Assembly (NCBI GenBank): GCA_009691445.1 | Contig: SICL01000007.1 | Location: 6,916-70,915 of the forward strand | Direction of reading: 5' to 3' | Length of the DNA stretch: 64,000 nt | DNA from: Candidatus Taenariivivens baikalensis | GTDB taxonomy: Bacteria; Omnitrophota; Omnitrophia; Omnitrophales; Aquincolibacteriaceae | Part shown: in pieces, positions 12,001-18,930 of the stretch | How positions within the stretch are numbered: the stretch's first letter is position 1 | Layout: the number at the start of each line of letters is the position of its first letter | Position numbers and translations under genes: made by a program | Notes under the pieces: generated by a model | Told to the model about the DNA's origin: nothing | Seen by the model: only the letters and a program-made list of their open reading frames with translations | Databases searched by the model: none

Positions 12001-15000
12001 TGTCTTCCAACGAATGCCCTGATTGCTGCCCACTTGAAAACGAGCATGGGCTTCGGGATAAACCACTTGAAGCCGCCCATGGATCGTGAATGCATCGTTA
12101 GAAATATCCATCGTTTTGAAATCACGAACATCGGAGATACGGACCTTCGCAGTTTTTGAGATATGATCCGGAATCGTCCAGTGGTAAGTTCCTTCATTCT
12201 TCATTGAATCCACAATCGGATAAATCTGATTTTTGAACTCGTCCGTAGAGTAATCCAGTTTGACTTCGAACATACTTCCCAAAGCCTTCCAGATAATGTC
12301 CTGTTTCGAACCCACCTCCCAGCGTTCCCTGTAATTGGGAGTCGAAACCTCAAACGCGCCCATAATCCGAAAAGTAATATCCGAGGTATCATAAATGCGC
12401 GGATCCAGAGCATCCATCACCCGGATTTTAATCATCGGATCAATCGTATCCGGCACCGTCCACTTATAGGAACCCGCATTTTTAAAATCTTTAACGATGG
12501 AATGAAAATCTTTTTTGAAATCATCCCGGGAATACTCGAGATTAACTGCGGCAACTTCTCCGGCAGAATTCCATTGAAGTGTTTGCGGACTTCCGACCAG
12601 CCATCCTTCACCACCGTTTGGACTCGTGACCGTAAGTTTATTGGGAAGATATTCAAGCTCCAGCGATTCCAGTTCGACCGGCTCAACTCCTGAAGGGGAA
12701 TGGAGAAAGGCTTTGAAATAAAAACTCCCGATGCCGACTTCTGAGGGAAACAGATAAATGCGCTGGGCCACTTGCGCGGCCGTATTGGATTCCGCAATGG
12801 AAGCGGCCACAACCCAGTGACGTCCATTGTGATAATACCAATTGGAACCGTCCCGAGAGATCTGATACGTGATCATCCCTTTATGGTGGGTTCCAAGCCG
12901 CTCGCGAAAGTCAGAAATCGCCGCAAACGAAACGCTCTTATTGTTAATGATTGCCGGCTTGTCGACGGAATAGTCATTGCCTTGCACGGAAACGGACTTG
13001 ATGGTAGGACCGACGGCAGCATCCTCTGTTTTTAGAAGAGCGAGATACTGAAAATAACGGCCCGGAGCAACTTCCAACTTTTGCGGAGAAATTCCGCGGT
13101 ACGCATTTTCCGGATTAGTTTTAAAAAACAGGTTCGCGACTTCATGGTCCGAAAGCGCTTCGGCGGCAATCAGCGCTTCATCGATTCCCCCGTGAAAAAA
13201 ACCTGCGGCTCCACTGCCGTAACGTCCCAGGTAAAGCGCTCCCTTATCATAAAAAATCGGCGAGTGGAAGGAAGCTTTCTTCACAAGGCTTCCATTAATA
13301 TAGAGTCGAATTTCCTTTCCATTCCAGGTTGCCGCCACATAATTCCATCGCCCCACCCCTATTTGGCCATCCTGGTCACTGCTCTCCAAATGATACCCGC
13401 CTTCGTGCCCAAGACGCACTCCAAGACGGTTGCCGGAAAGCAGTTCCAGAGAAAAGGATGAAAAAATCGGAGCGCCTCCTGCGTAATGTTTATCAATAAT
13501 TCGGGAGCTTTCTTTTTCCACTTCCTCGGGACGAATCCAGGCGGAAAGGGTGAAGGCATCGTGAAGATGAAGGCTCTCGGAATCCGCGACTTCGATAAAA
13601 TCACTGGCACCATTCAAATATATCCCGCGGGAAATAACGCCTTCCGAAGATGCGATTCCATGACCGTAGGCAACGCCGTGGTTGGCATACCGCGAATCAT
13701 CGGCCACTTCATTCGAACTTCCCTGCAGATTTTTTTCGTTAAAATGCCACAAGGCTACCGTACTTTCAGAGGGTCTGATTTCTGAAGCTGCGGGTCCTTG
13801 AGGACCGCGCCATTCACTGTTTGTAAAGCTCTCGGATTCTGAGGTGCGAACCAAGAATTTCGTATCCAGTTTCGCGCTGAGGTACTCATCCGTAATCGTC
13901 TTCTTATCTAAGCCGTAATTAAAAAATGCAAATTCATCCACGGCACCTTCAAAAGTATCGGAAGATTTTAAATTGCCGATGATAAGCGGTTCCGCGGCCG
14001 TGGCGCGGACAAACGGCGAAGATCCGGACAGGTCTCCGTCCAGATAAAGAAAAAGACTATGTCCATCGGAAGTCAAAGCCGCATGATGCCACCGACTGTC
14101 AAGAATCGCGACGTCGCTGACAATCTTCCGGGCTCCAGTGCTGACGACGTGAAGCCGTCCGTCCGGCGCGGAGCGGTAAAGAGAAGGGTTCTCATCTCCC
14201 ACACTGAAGATGCGGTCCACCCCTTGAGGTTCTGAACTTTTGAACTGAAACCAGAGGGAAATCGTAAAGGTTGAAAGGGACGGAAAGGTTTTCTGGGAAA
14301 TGATCTTGTCATACCCCTTTTTTGAAAACCAGCGTGCCTGTGAGAAAACGCCAGGCACCGCGTAAGTTCCCATTGCATTCGCAGGAGTTTCATTCATTTC
14401 ATCCTGAAAAAGAGAGCCGCTGGGTTCATCTAAATGATAAAGATGAAGCATTCCCTTCTCTTCTTTCTGGATTTGTTTTCCATATGACTGCAGGGGCTGC
14501 CAGGAAAGCGTCTGCCACGGAGACTGGCTACCGGCATCTTTGACTTTAGAAACATAAATCCCGCTCGGCGGAAAGAGATTCGCATCCGCCGCAATTTCAT
14601 ATTTATTTTTTACGCGTCGGTAAATGGCGACATCATCCAGCACGCCTTGAAACCAGGAACTTCTCGCGCTGTCGGTGCCAATCACCAGATCGGATTTTTC
14701 GCTTATCCGTAATTCACCGCTGTAAGACGCCGAAGAATCCAGAACACCATCGACATAAATAGAAAGCCTTCCCTGACCCCACGTCACCGCAACATGATGC
14801 CATTCATTGGGCATCAGGGCATGCTGTCCCGTAAAATCAGGCGGAGAAAGCAAGGAGCTGGCTGCGTGCATTTTCCCAAGGGGGCCCACCAGAGAAACCG
14901 AGTAATCCGCCTGACCGCCAAAATTGGATACGAGAGGCATCACTTCCCCCTTACCTGGAAGTTTTTCCGGTTTGACCCACATCTCCAGAGTCAGCTGTCC

Positions 15001-16209
15001 CTCAGGACTGAAATGATGGGAAGGAGTAATCTCAAGAAATTGTTTACTGCCGGCGAAGCGCATCCCCGATGATTTTTTTCCCTCAACGCCATACTCGGGA
15101 TGTTCATGGGCAATTCCGCTATGGCCATATCCTGAACTATCGGAAAGAATACCGGCGCGTTCATCCAGATGCCAGGATCCGACCAATGCTTGCGGATTCC
15201 CAAAATGATTCATCGCCTGTGTTTCGCTCAAAGCCTTGGAATAAAACGCAACCTCATCAAGCACTCCGTCAAAAAAATTCTTCATTTTATTATCAATCAG
15301 AGCGCCCAGATAGAGAGGGATATTGGTTTGAAATACGGGACCCGTAAAAGTCACCGGCTGTGTGTCCAAAGCACCGTTCAAATAGACACGCAGCTCATTT
15401 CCCGTATAAACTCCCACCGCGTGGTACCAGTGTCCCGGACTCAGCACCGTCTCTCCCGTTACGCGAGTCGAGATTGAACCATCACGGGAGACCTGAAAAT
15501 CCAGTTTTCCTTCCGAAGAGATTTGGAGGGCAAAAGATTTCTGAGATCCGATCGTCTGCCAACGCGAGACGAGAGCCTGAACCTTGCCTTTCACCGGAGA
15601 AACAGGACGAATCCAGGACTCCACAGAAAAAGGCCCCTTGAAATTAAACGTGTCATAATCAGGAATAAAAACATGGCTTTTGACCCCATCAAAAAGACGG
15701 GCATAGTTGAATCCTGTTTGGCCGCTGACCATCTCAGTGTCATTGGTCTTAGCAACATTTTTCCCCACAGCATCCAGAATGTTGGTTCCGCTGGGTTCAT
15801 CCAGATGCCAAAGCGCCATAAGACCTGCGGTATCTTCGTCCACGGGAGCCGGAAGAAAATTTTCGGGGCTAGCTTCAGAGCTCTGCGGAATCAACTCAAG
15901 GGCTTCGTTTGTCGCCCAAGTATTTTCATCATAAGTTCCGAGATCGAAGGGAATACGGCCTTTATCCTTATAAAGTATTTTCTTTTTTAAGGAAGCCTGT
16001 TTTTCAGAAACCTGAATCTTCTGGGGATCAAAACGGTAATCTTCCTGATTCTCAAAACCCCATTTCCGGATCTGTGCATAGAGCGTGGAAGAAAAGGCCA
16101 AGGAAAGAAAAAAGATGACGGTCCATACGCCCAATAAATAAAACCCTCGGATACCGCGGGTTTTATGAGGTTCTTTGGGTTTCAAAAAAAACATTTTTTT
16201 GATGCTCAT
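1..16209 (-). CDS. Giant secreted multidomain protein (4x LamG-like + ~40+ Ig-like repeats), 3' end beyond the window; at least 5403 aa
   Basis: Manual translation from ATG 16209 gives MSIKKMFFLKPKEPHKTRGIRGFYLLGVWTVIFFLSLAFSSTLYA|QIRKWGF (signal peptide). LamG-like motifs GLMALWHLDEPSGT...FSVESWIRP...WYH...VYLNG recur four times (~15810-13130). From ~12640 to base 1 the repeat is SPNGGExWxVG...IxWxTxGxI..VxLEYS.D.F...NxGxYxWxIPD...VRISD. The same frame is open at base 1 (...AYSWTVPDMIRSQAQ). Spot-translated, not codon by codon; the track lists no minus ORF in this frame, as expected if there is no stop inside the window. Confidence 0.93.
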   Translation of the reverse strand, partial: MSIKKMFFLKPKEPHKTRGIRGFYLLGVWTVIFFLSLAFSSTLYAQIRKWGFENQEDYRFDPQKIQVSEKQASLKKKILYKDKGRIPFDLGTYDENTWATNEALELIPQSSEASPENFLPAPVDEDTAGLMALWHLDEPSGTNILDAVGKNVAKTNDTEMVSGQTGFNYARLFDGVKSHVFIPDYDTFNFKGPFSVESWIRPVSPVKGKVQALVSRWQTIGSQKSFALQISSEGKLDFQVSRDGSISTRVTGETVLSPGHWYHAVGVYTGNELRVYLNGALDTQPVTFTGPVFQTNIPLYLGALIDNKMKNFFDGVLDEVAFYSKALSETQAMNHFGNPQALVGSWHLDERAGILSDSSGYGHSGIAHEHPEYGVEGKKSSGMRFAGSKQFLEITPSHHFSPEGQLTLEMWVKPEKLPGKGEVMPLVSNFGGQADYSVSLVGPLGKMHAASSLLSPPDFTGQHALMPNEWHHVAVTWGQGRLSIYVDGVLDSSASYSGELRISEKSDLVIGTDSARSSWFQGVLDDVAIYRRVKNKYEIAADANLFPPSGIYVSKVKDAGSQSPWQTLSWQPLQSYGKQIQKEEKGMLHLYHLDEPSGSLFQDEMNETPANAMGTYAVPGVFSQARWFSKKGYDKIISQKTFPSLSTFTISLWFQFKSSEPQGVDRIFSVGDENPSLYRSAPDGRLHVVSTGARKIVSDVAILDSRWHHAALTSDGHSLFLYLDGDLSGSSPFVRATAAEPLIIGNLKSSDTFEGAVDEFAFFNYGLDKKTITDEYLSAKLDTKFLVRTSESESFTNSEWRGPQGPAASEIRPSESTVALWHFNEKNLQGSSNEVADDSRYANHGVAYGHGIASSEGVISRGIYLNGASDFIEVADSESLHLHDAFTLSAWIRPEEVEKESSRIIDKHYAGGAPIFSSFSLELLSGNRLGVRLGHEGGYHLESSDQDGQIGVGRWNYVAATWNGKEIRLYINGSLVKKASFHSPIFYDKGALYLGRYGSGAAGFFHGGIDEALIAAEALSDHEVANLFFKTNPENAYRGISPQKLEVAPGRYFQYLALLKTEDAAVGPTIKSVSVQGNDYSVDKPAIINNKSVSFAAISDFRERLGTHHKGMITYQISRDGSNWYYHNGRHWVVAASIAESNTAAQVAQRIYLFPSEVGIGSFYFKAFLHSPSGVEPVELESLELEYLPNKLTVTSPNGGEGWLVGSPQTLQWNSAGEVAAVNLEYSRDDFKKDFHSIVKDFKNAGSYKWTVPDTIDPMIKIRVMDALDPRIYDTSDITFRIMGAFEVSTPNYRERWEVGSKQDIIWKALGSMFEVKLDYSTDEFKNQIYPIVDSMKNEGTYHWTIPDHISKTAKVRISDVRDFKTMDISNDAFTIHGRLQVVYPEAHARFQVGSNQGIRWKTLGSIPAIKLQYAVKNEEGEQEWKKIENVYPNHGDYVWPVPDQIDQAVTIRVSDPNDDKVFSDSSKFIIMAAMEILNPKGGEYWTVGSRRKIAWKTTGTVSSVNLEYTSIDRAFQKDLQDGKLALDDKAFKWNLIEKGLTNIGSYAWVVPDSLTENAVIRVTDAGDPQAGALCRNPFRIIPGFVLQTPNGSEAWAIASEHDIEWETKGSMQEVRLEYSKDAFVKDAHTLIDRASNIGRFSWKLPDDASPKVWVRVSDPDTPQASDISDVPFRLYGTFEFSSPLGGEKYEVGTLASIQWETKGNIPQVKLEYSHDNFNKDARVIAPSILNHGQYTWTVPDDIGSGYYFRISDPRDPQAAVISDGVFSVVGKFYLLTPVGGENLVVGTVQNITWKGAGSVAFIRIDYSEDDFTKSFVTLAEATANNGIFKWEIPNKIGQGFKLRIWDPSHPESMYVMAHSSRIIGGFMLDSPNGGESLYVGEPFDVSWKTSGNVDRVKLDFSDDNFTKRIWEISDTVENLEKYLWKIPDMPAGLYKLRISDPRDSYSFDISNSDFRIRSRVTLMSPKGGEGWAVGEKHAIQWKTSGMISKVKIEYSTDDFKSSSTIAEAVPNTGVYEWTVPNYVAQSIKFRISDVSDPGARVVSTSTMKTQAILSLTTPRGGEVWHVGQTYPILWKSSGEVKGVKIEYSRDGFISEAKTIIPSTPNQGIYNWTVPDEISRHTKIRVMDLTDSQTQVMSKTPFQIAGSFQMMGPNGQEIWHALEKREISWVSVGTMPEVDLSFCAVQNDAKEECSNNHDDNRFVIDKGVVNSGRYVWDIPRLVGEKFKVKVCDSQNPEICDESDHPFALNSPFEIVYPRGAEIWPVGSDQEIRWHTYGNVARVLIQYATPASVDSITNGKKITWKTLAEGLDNQEYFLFKIPDDISKNVIFKLADWDDEELYSATSHPVMFAGTFTLLIPNGGEKWAAGATQKIVWDTLGSVPNARLEFSTDNFDHDVNVIESSYTNTGNYPWTLPPALGKAVTVRISDASNPKAFDLSDKPFKIMPGFVMISPDGNEVWKVGSKQKISWKTIGGTEKIRLQYATGLEWKNIVDRIANGGSFEWMVPNDVSKAAKVRVINDSDLDAWDASNAPFEIRPDIIVTSPNGEENFFVGQPAEIRWVSIGSVGALKMEYSKDGFVKDVHPIAQDVSDKSPFVWTPGDDITQSAVIRVISQKNDKVRDGSDHAFSILPKIQVLKPKAGDMWKVGSEHAVEWDWRGTLDKVNVEYSTNDFMTTSVIARDLPNTGKVSWTIPDQVNEKIRIRVMDAAHSASLGISPSFLKVVPGYGIIHPNGGEPWKVGQRETIQWKTFGTSPRVILQYGIFTDKGPVEWKDVTRPIQNKGEFSWEIPADVSSQVKMRVLDTQDSQAVQISEKPFKILAQFPTLSPKPSQNLFVADKFELKWKTLGNVPSVKLEFSAADENSRETNQFELIESDWANRGNYFWTVPDTINEAIRLKISDAREPDSFTLSEPFRIRGRLTGKISEGQINWPVGTAQTIFWKSVGSIEQVDLSYQLPEQNDWKVIIRGIPNTGSYGWKIPDDVAQKVKLRVADSNNSEVFDELKDKITIAARLEFKEPKAGEILEVGATQEISWNTFGKIQRAWLEYSANGGGWIPVAGPVPDSGSFEWTVPDAISSTARLRIRDGDNDAAFAISSNFQIRGGLSLTSPNGGEVWGVGNSQVIEWKTTGTIPKIKLEFLSSTLLGTGQQVRTVPNRVERQIFLIKDGVVNQNRFECVIPNRIANDVSVRVTDVRDPQVYSESKKPFSVIGTFRLISPQGSEVWIVGSSQSINWMTQGSVPKIRLEYSRDDFYRDINAIVTEAANTGMLTWKIPNMISDQVTLRILNAEDSRAQMTLTKPFKIAGALAMKLPGSNETWTVGELKELIWTTTGTIPQIRIEFSRDNFQKDVQVIENVWVNKNRYEWKVPDVISSSARFRVANANDAKIYALTNPLKIQGRIHLSSPQLGEALTVRGHCPIRWETTGTIPKVRLEYSRDNFRSDVQMIAPKAPNSGLWDWQIPDDVGAGVKVRATDLENAQVYGESEKPFKILAQFSLASPKPGQNLFVSDKFEMKWQTLGHVPSVKLEFSSTDQTGPELGKYELIESYWANHDNYFWTVPDKISETIRFKISDAQEPDSVFISEPFHIRGRLNGRISEGQINWPVGTSQTIFWKSVGSIAQVSLSYRLPEQKGWKPIARGIPNTGSYGWQIPDDVAKEIKIRISDSNNSEVLSELKEKITIAARFEFKEPKAGEISEVGSIKEIAWNTLGKIQRTWLEYSVGGENWAAIAGPVQDLGGFKWTVPDSISSTARLRIRDGDNNAAFAVSPNFQIRGRLDLVTPSGAEVWGVGQSQVIEWKTTGTIPQIKLEFLSSTLLGTGQQVRPVPNRVERQSFLIKEDAANQNRFEWFVPNQIADDIKVRISDARDPQVFSESKQPFSIIGTFGLISPKGDEVWGVGSTQPIAWISRGDIPKVHVEYSRDDFYRDINVIVTQTPNAGMLMWKIPDVIADHVTIRISDAEDPRAVTTSLKSFKITGALAVTLPTQNETWTVGEPRELTWTTTGTIPQVRIEFSRDDFQKDIQVIENRLANKNRYEWKVPDVISTSLKFRILNAKDAQVAAMSNPVKIQGRIQLTTLQSHEILTVLGHRELKWETMGTVPKVRIEYSRDNFHSDIHIIASNVLNTGLWDWQIPDDIGAGVKVRVMDEFNFSVADATPQSLDIQGALTLMEEVDQPRFVVGSKRNVMWNTTGTIPVVRLEYFKEDGVAHPVLIADALKNKGNFFWNVPDDISDRIRLRVSDIRTETIFGVSQTPIPIVGALSLLEPKAGVAAQVAARQAVRWSTVGTIPQIRLEYSVSDPAQDKEGNTLWNLVTGSVDNQGIFQWMVPNDISNTVRIRVSDARDPLVNSISGTPFAIQGGIQLFEPHGRERWIVDTKHEIVWNSVGTLPQVKIEYSRDQFQKDIHLIQDQVANTGHLMWTVPDDISDKVKIRVSSATDPRVASIHKDPISIMGDFVFLEPEGNPIWNVGSEQKIEWQTIGTVPQVKLEYMVSTKEAMTSQEFHTIQTGIPNQGSFLWTIPDKTNSKILIRVSDARDATVATLSQKQIKIIGSFKFHMPESAENWLVGETRKLQWDTLGTISRIDLEVSADNFQEKSIAIEKAGPNDNAYAWKVPDLIAKQVVVKIINSEDPSVFAVSDPFEIRGGLRVLQPAGNQTFQVGEKQTVEWKTVGSIPAVDLEFSTDQFVSDRRKIGTISSQSGHYDWIIPDAISDHLWMRVSDAKDSAVQSMTIKPFKISGHFELLNPKGGEIFFVEGHATLNWKTIGTIPSVHLEFSRDGFRQDRQTIIRDLKNEGLYEWLVPDAMSDQIWVRVVNAADASVVAGHEAPVKIQGKLALLKPAGEEIWKVGSEQSLQWKSVGSIAEVRLEYSNMDSSLPTTQRWTDPSSGGRGSEAIGAIYPEIASLLARNEKRRSEWLVIQDHLPNHGIYLWRLPDNLPSSIRVRVVDVSNSVVFSESASPVKIEGTLRMIFPDKKEKWQVGSKKEIVWESRGSIHQVKIEYSTDSFRHDSHVINSPDANSGRYLWEIPDLVTQELTVRISDAQNPDVQTLSPFPIAVVGRLRLETPQGGERWEAGSHQEISWATLGTIAQVNLEYSKDQFIRHRQPISQLLPNTGHYLWKVPDDISSSIWVRVADSMNLSVEMTSEQALTIAGSFFLKRPSAGQIWTVGNTETLEWDTNGGILRVRLEYSTDDFVSSTPMSAVTPNVGRYEWKIPDVVSNQLKVRVLDAQDDHVYATSASPVKIQGALNFISPVAQDFWVSGAEKAISWSTHGMIPYVTLEYSDDNFSHATPVIIGLANSGNYNWTVPDLATNEMQLRIMNAQDQSVLSLSPVFHIGGTLQLLSPAGGEIWKVGETQEIKWKTSGSIPKVKIDLSSDQFHRDIQTLTAAWDNAGAYSWTVPDMIRSQAQ
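1498..1606. repeat. Miniature palindromic element (GTCATTGCGAG...GCAATGAC family) inserted in frame in the giant gene, carrying a nested 39-bp TCCGCC element
   Basis: tcattgcgagccaaaagcgaagcaatctcaggatagattgc...ccctcg[tccgccagaggacggatccgtccagcgttgtgtggtggg]caatgac matches the intergenic copies at 27931, 37977 and 56979. Confidence 0.88.
4730..4782. repeat. In-frame palindrome (GGGACAG/CTGTCCC family), degenerate copy
   Basis: tcaaccctattgggaactggtcttacttgctgacctgtccctaatagggttga; imperfect inverted repeat inside the giant gene. Confidence 0.8.
6739..6793. repeat. In-frame perfect 20-bp inverted repeat (GGGGACAG/CTGTCCCC family)
   Basis: ttcaaccctattggggacag (6739-6758), 15-nt loop, ctgtccccaatagggttgaa (6774-6793). 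Confidence 0.9.
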
Positions 16210-16223
16210 CCGTTCATCAAGCG

Positions 16224-17291
16224 TTATCGGACTTTTTGTTCTAATTCAAGCGCCAAAACATATCCTTCAACTTTCTTGGCATCCGGAGCCTTTGGATTCA
16301 CGGCGATATATCTCTGATAATGATAAAGCGATTTTTCGCGGTCCTTGAGAAAATCGTCGTAGAGAATGCCAAGATTGTAATGGGTGTCTGGATCATTCGG
16401 CATCAGCTCCAGTGCTTTTTCATACTCAGTGATCGCTTCTTTATACCGTTTATTTTGAAGAAAAACCGTGGCAAGATTGTAATGCATTTGAGCATTTTCT
16501 CTCATCATTTTTTGAGAAATACGACTCGCCCTGGCAAGACCCGGAACCGCATCTTTGAATTTGGCTTTCAAAATCTCAATCTGTTCGCGGTATTCCTTAT
16601 TTTCTTTGATCAAATTCTTCTGACGTATTTCCAGGGTCTGGATGTAAGAGGTTTTCTGCCGCAATTCTTTATTTTCCGCCACAATCTTGTGGAGCTCTTC
16701 TCTGTCCATTTCAAGCGGCGTCATCTGCCGTTTCATTTCCTCAAATTGTTTTTCATACTCGAATACCTTTTGTGCCATTTTTTTATTTTCTTCCTGCAGG
16801 CGGTTCCGATCCTCCAAGACCTGATTGATTTTTTCAGGCGTGTATTCCGTCATGATTTTAGCCAGTGAATCACTCCGGTCTTTTTCTTCCTTCAGCTTCC
16901 GTTCCAGATTTGTTTTCTCTTCCGCGGAAAGTTCCCGATCCTTAGAGCGAGCAGCTTTGATTTTCGCCAACTCTCCGCTCAAGATAGCATTCTCTTTTTT
17001 GAAAGATTCCAGTTCTACCCCTGCGCCACTCGTCAAATTCTTAAGTTGCTCAATTTTAGCCAGCAAATCCGCTTTCTCTTTTTGAAAAAAACGTGCTTGC
17101 TTCAAAATGTTATTGCGATCGGATTTTAGGTCCTCCAATTCTCGGGAAAGTTTTGCATTTTTCTGAGTCAGCTCCTTCACGGTCACCGCAGGATCGGCCT
17201 CAGTTCCAGCAAAACCAAGCGGCATCCATGCGGCCAGAAAGATCATCCATGCCATTCCAATTTTTTTCATTTTTTCCTCAGCCTGTCCCAC
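16224..17291 (-). CDS. Exported coiled-coil protein with C-terminal TPR repeats
   Basis: Signal peptide MKKIGMAWMIFLAAWMPLGFA (alternative start ATG 17270), long heptad-rich region, then HYNLATVF...YEKALELMPNDPDTHYNLGILY TPRs. Confidence 0.85.
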   Translation of the reverse strand: MGQAEEKMKKIGMAWMIFLAAWMPLGFAGTEADPAVTVKELTQKNAKLSRELEDLKSDRNNILKQARFFQKEKADLLAKIEQLKNLTSGAGVELESFKKENAILSGELAKIKAARSKDRELSAEEKTNLERKLKEEKDRSDSLAKIMTEYTPEKINQVLEDRNRLQEENKKMAQKVFEYEKQFEEMKRQMTPLEMDREELHKIVAENKELRQKTSYIQTLEIRQKNLIKENKEYREQIEILKAKFKDAVPGLARASRISQKMMRENAQMHYNLATVFLQNKRYKEAITEYEKALELMPNDPDTHYNLGILYDDFLKDREKSLYHYQRYIAVNPKAPDAKKVEGYVLALELEQKVR

Positions 17292-17316
17292 GTAATAACG
17301 AAAGTTAGTTAATTTT

Positions 17317-18930
17317 TTAATACGTTTTAAAGGGTTTTAGAGTCTTATCGGCAATCTGTCGATCGGTAAATGTCATATCACCCGAGACGACATTGGGCGT
17401 CAAAAAAATAACCAGCTCGATTTTTTCAAGCTGCTCGCTTGTATTTCGGAATAAGGCTCCCACAAGAGGAATGTCTCCAAGAATAGGCGTTTTCTTGACG
17501 GTTTTGACTTTCTCATTTTTTCGTAATCCTCCAATAATAATTGTCGTGCCATCTTTCACCATGACTGTTGTTTCAGATAAGGTCGTGTCGACAATGGGAA
17601 TCGCATTTTGAGTCGGCGTGATCAGGGTTCGTGCGACGCTGGAGATTTCCGGTTTTATTTTCATGGTCACGTAACCATCGTCATTAATGATGGGCGTCAC
17701 CTCCAGAGAAATCCCCACATCCACAAATGTCACATTCTCCGCGGTCGTAGACGTTGTTTGTCCGGTGGTGGTCGTCGTTGTCACAAAGGCCTCGCGTGTC
17801 CCGATCATAATACGGGCAGATTGTTTATTAATAACAGCCAAACGCGGACTCGCCAGCACCTTGGTCTGGCCGACCGTGCTCAGATAATCAATCGTGGCAC
17901 TGGTCTCATCCGTTGAGACATTTCCGATTTGTAAGCGTCCATAATTTGTCAGCGTCGGTTTGAAGGTCCCAGTCAAAATGGGCCGGTATTTCGCGACTCG
18001 AAAGGCATTGTCCGTATCTCTGAAAAGTCTTTGCCAGTTGATCCCCATATCAAAATCATCGCTCAAAGTGACTTTAACAATTTTCGCTTCGATCAACACT
18101 TCCCGCGTCTTTTCATCGAGGGCACGGACAATCCTCTCGATTTCATCCATGCGTTTGGGAAGCGCGGAAACCACCAAAGAATTACTGCGTTCATCCGCCT
18201 TGACCGTTCCCAGCTTTAAAGCATCCAACCTTTCTTTCAAACTGACTTCCACTTTTTCCGCCTCTGCGTACCTAAGCTGAAAAATCCGGAGATTCTGACC
18301 TTTCTCCATCTCATAAATAACCTTTTCCATTTCCTGGATTTTTTCCGGGAGATCCATCAAGATAAGTGTGGCTGAATCTTCATCCACGACCACTTTCCCA
18401 ATATCACTTTTGATGGCGCTTAAGACCGTAAAAATCTGATTCGGAACCGCATAACGAAGCTTAAACACTTTGGCGATGCGCAAATCTGAAAACCGTTTTC
18501 CGTATAGTGCCTGAAATTCAGTTTCGCTCATCACGTTATAAATTTCGCCCTGCTTGGCAATGGCAAGATTGTTACTCAGAAGGATGATTTCCAGAACATC
18601 CGCCACGGAAACATCGGTCAAATAAAGCGACACGCGGCCTGCCACGTTTTTTCCGATAACAAGATTAAGACTTCCCTTCATTGCCAGGAATTTTAGCGCT
18701 TCCGAGATTTCAATATTTCTCAGATCAAGCGTCACTCGTTCCTTAAGTCCTTCCGCCTTGGTATCGATCATAATCCGCGGAGGCGCAGTCGAAACCCCTT
18801 CCTGGGCTGAGGACCCGGGATGCTGAGCCATGGAAATTGGTGCCATGATCATCATGACAATTCCGAAAATCATGATGGCCCTGACAGACCGCCTGTCAGA
18901 ATTAAAAAAGCGATGCTTCTTCACCTTCAT
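17317..18930 (-). CDS. Type II/IV secretion secretin (GspD/PilQ family)
   Basis: STN-like VTLDLRN...ALKFLA, N-domains with LRYA...DERSNSLVV, secretin core VLIEAKIVKV, SPRLAVINKQSARIMIG, DVGISLEVTP, KTPILGDIPLVGALFR, ELVIFLTP. Confidence 0.93.
   Translation of the reverse strand: MKVKKHRFFNSDRRSVRAIMIFGIVMMIMAPISMAQHPGSSAQEGVSTAPPRIMIDTKAEGLKERVTLDLRNIEISEALKFLAMKGSLNLVIGKNVAGRVSLYLTDVSVADVLEIILLSNNLAIAKQGEIYNVMSETEFQALYGKRFSDLRIAKVFKLRYAVPNQIFTVLSAIKSDIGKVVVDEDSATLILMDLPEKIQEMEKVIYEMEKGQNLRIFQLRYAEAEKVEVSLKERLDALKLGTVKADERSNSLVVSALPKRMDEIERIVRALDEKTREVLIEAKIVKVTLSDDFDMGINWQRLFRDTDNAFRVAKYRPILTGTFKPTLTNYGRLQIGNVSTDETSATIDYLSTVGQTKVLASPRLAVINKQSARIMIGTREAFVTTTTTTGQTTSTTAENVTFVDVGISLEVTPIINDDGYVTMKIKPEISSVARTLITPTQNAIPIVDTTLSETTVMVKDGTTIIIGGLRKNEKVKTVKKTPILGDIPLVGALFRNTSEQLEKIELVIFLTPNVVSGDMTFTDRQIADKTLKPFKTY

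Noticed and set aside
1-12640. Periodic repeats as a CRISPR array or DGR template/variable repeat pair
   Set aside because: The periodicity is protein-level (~285 bp) with no identical short repeats and spacers. Differences between the 2010-bp blocks are not confined to adenines, and no cas or reverse transcriptase gene is present.
88-16118. Dozens of short + and - strand ORFs in the track across the first 16 kb
   Set aside because: They are antisense or off-frame shadows of the single giant minus-strand ORF and show no recognisable motifs.
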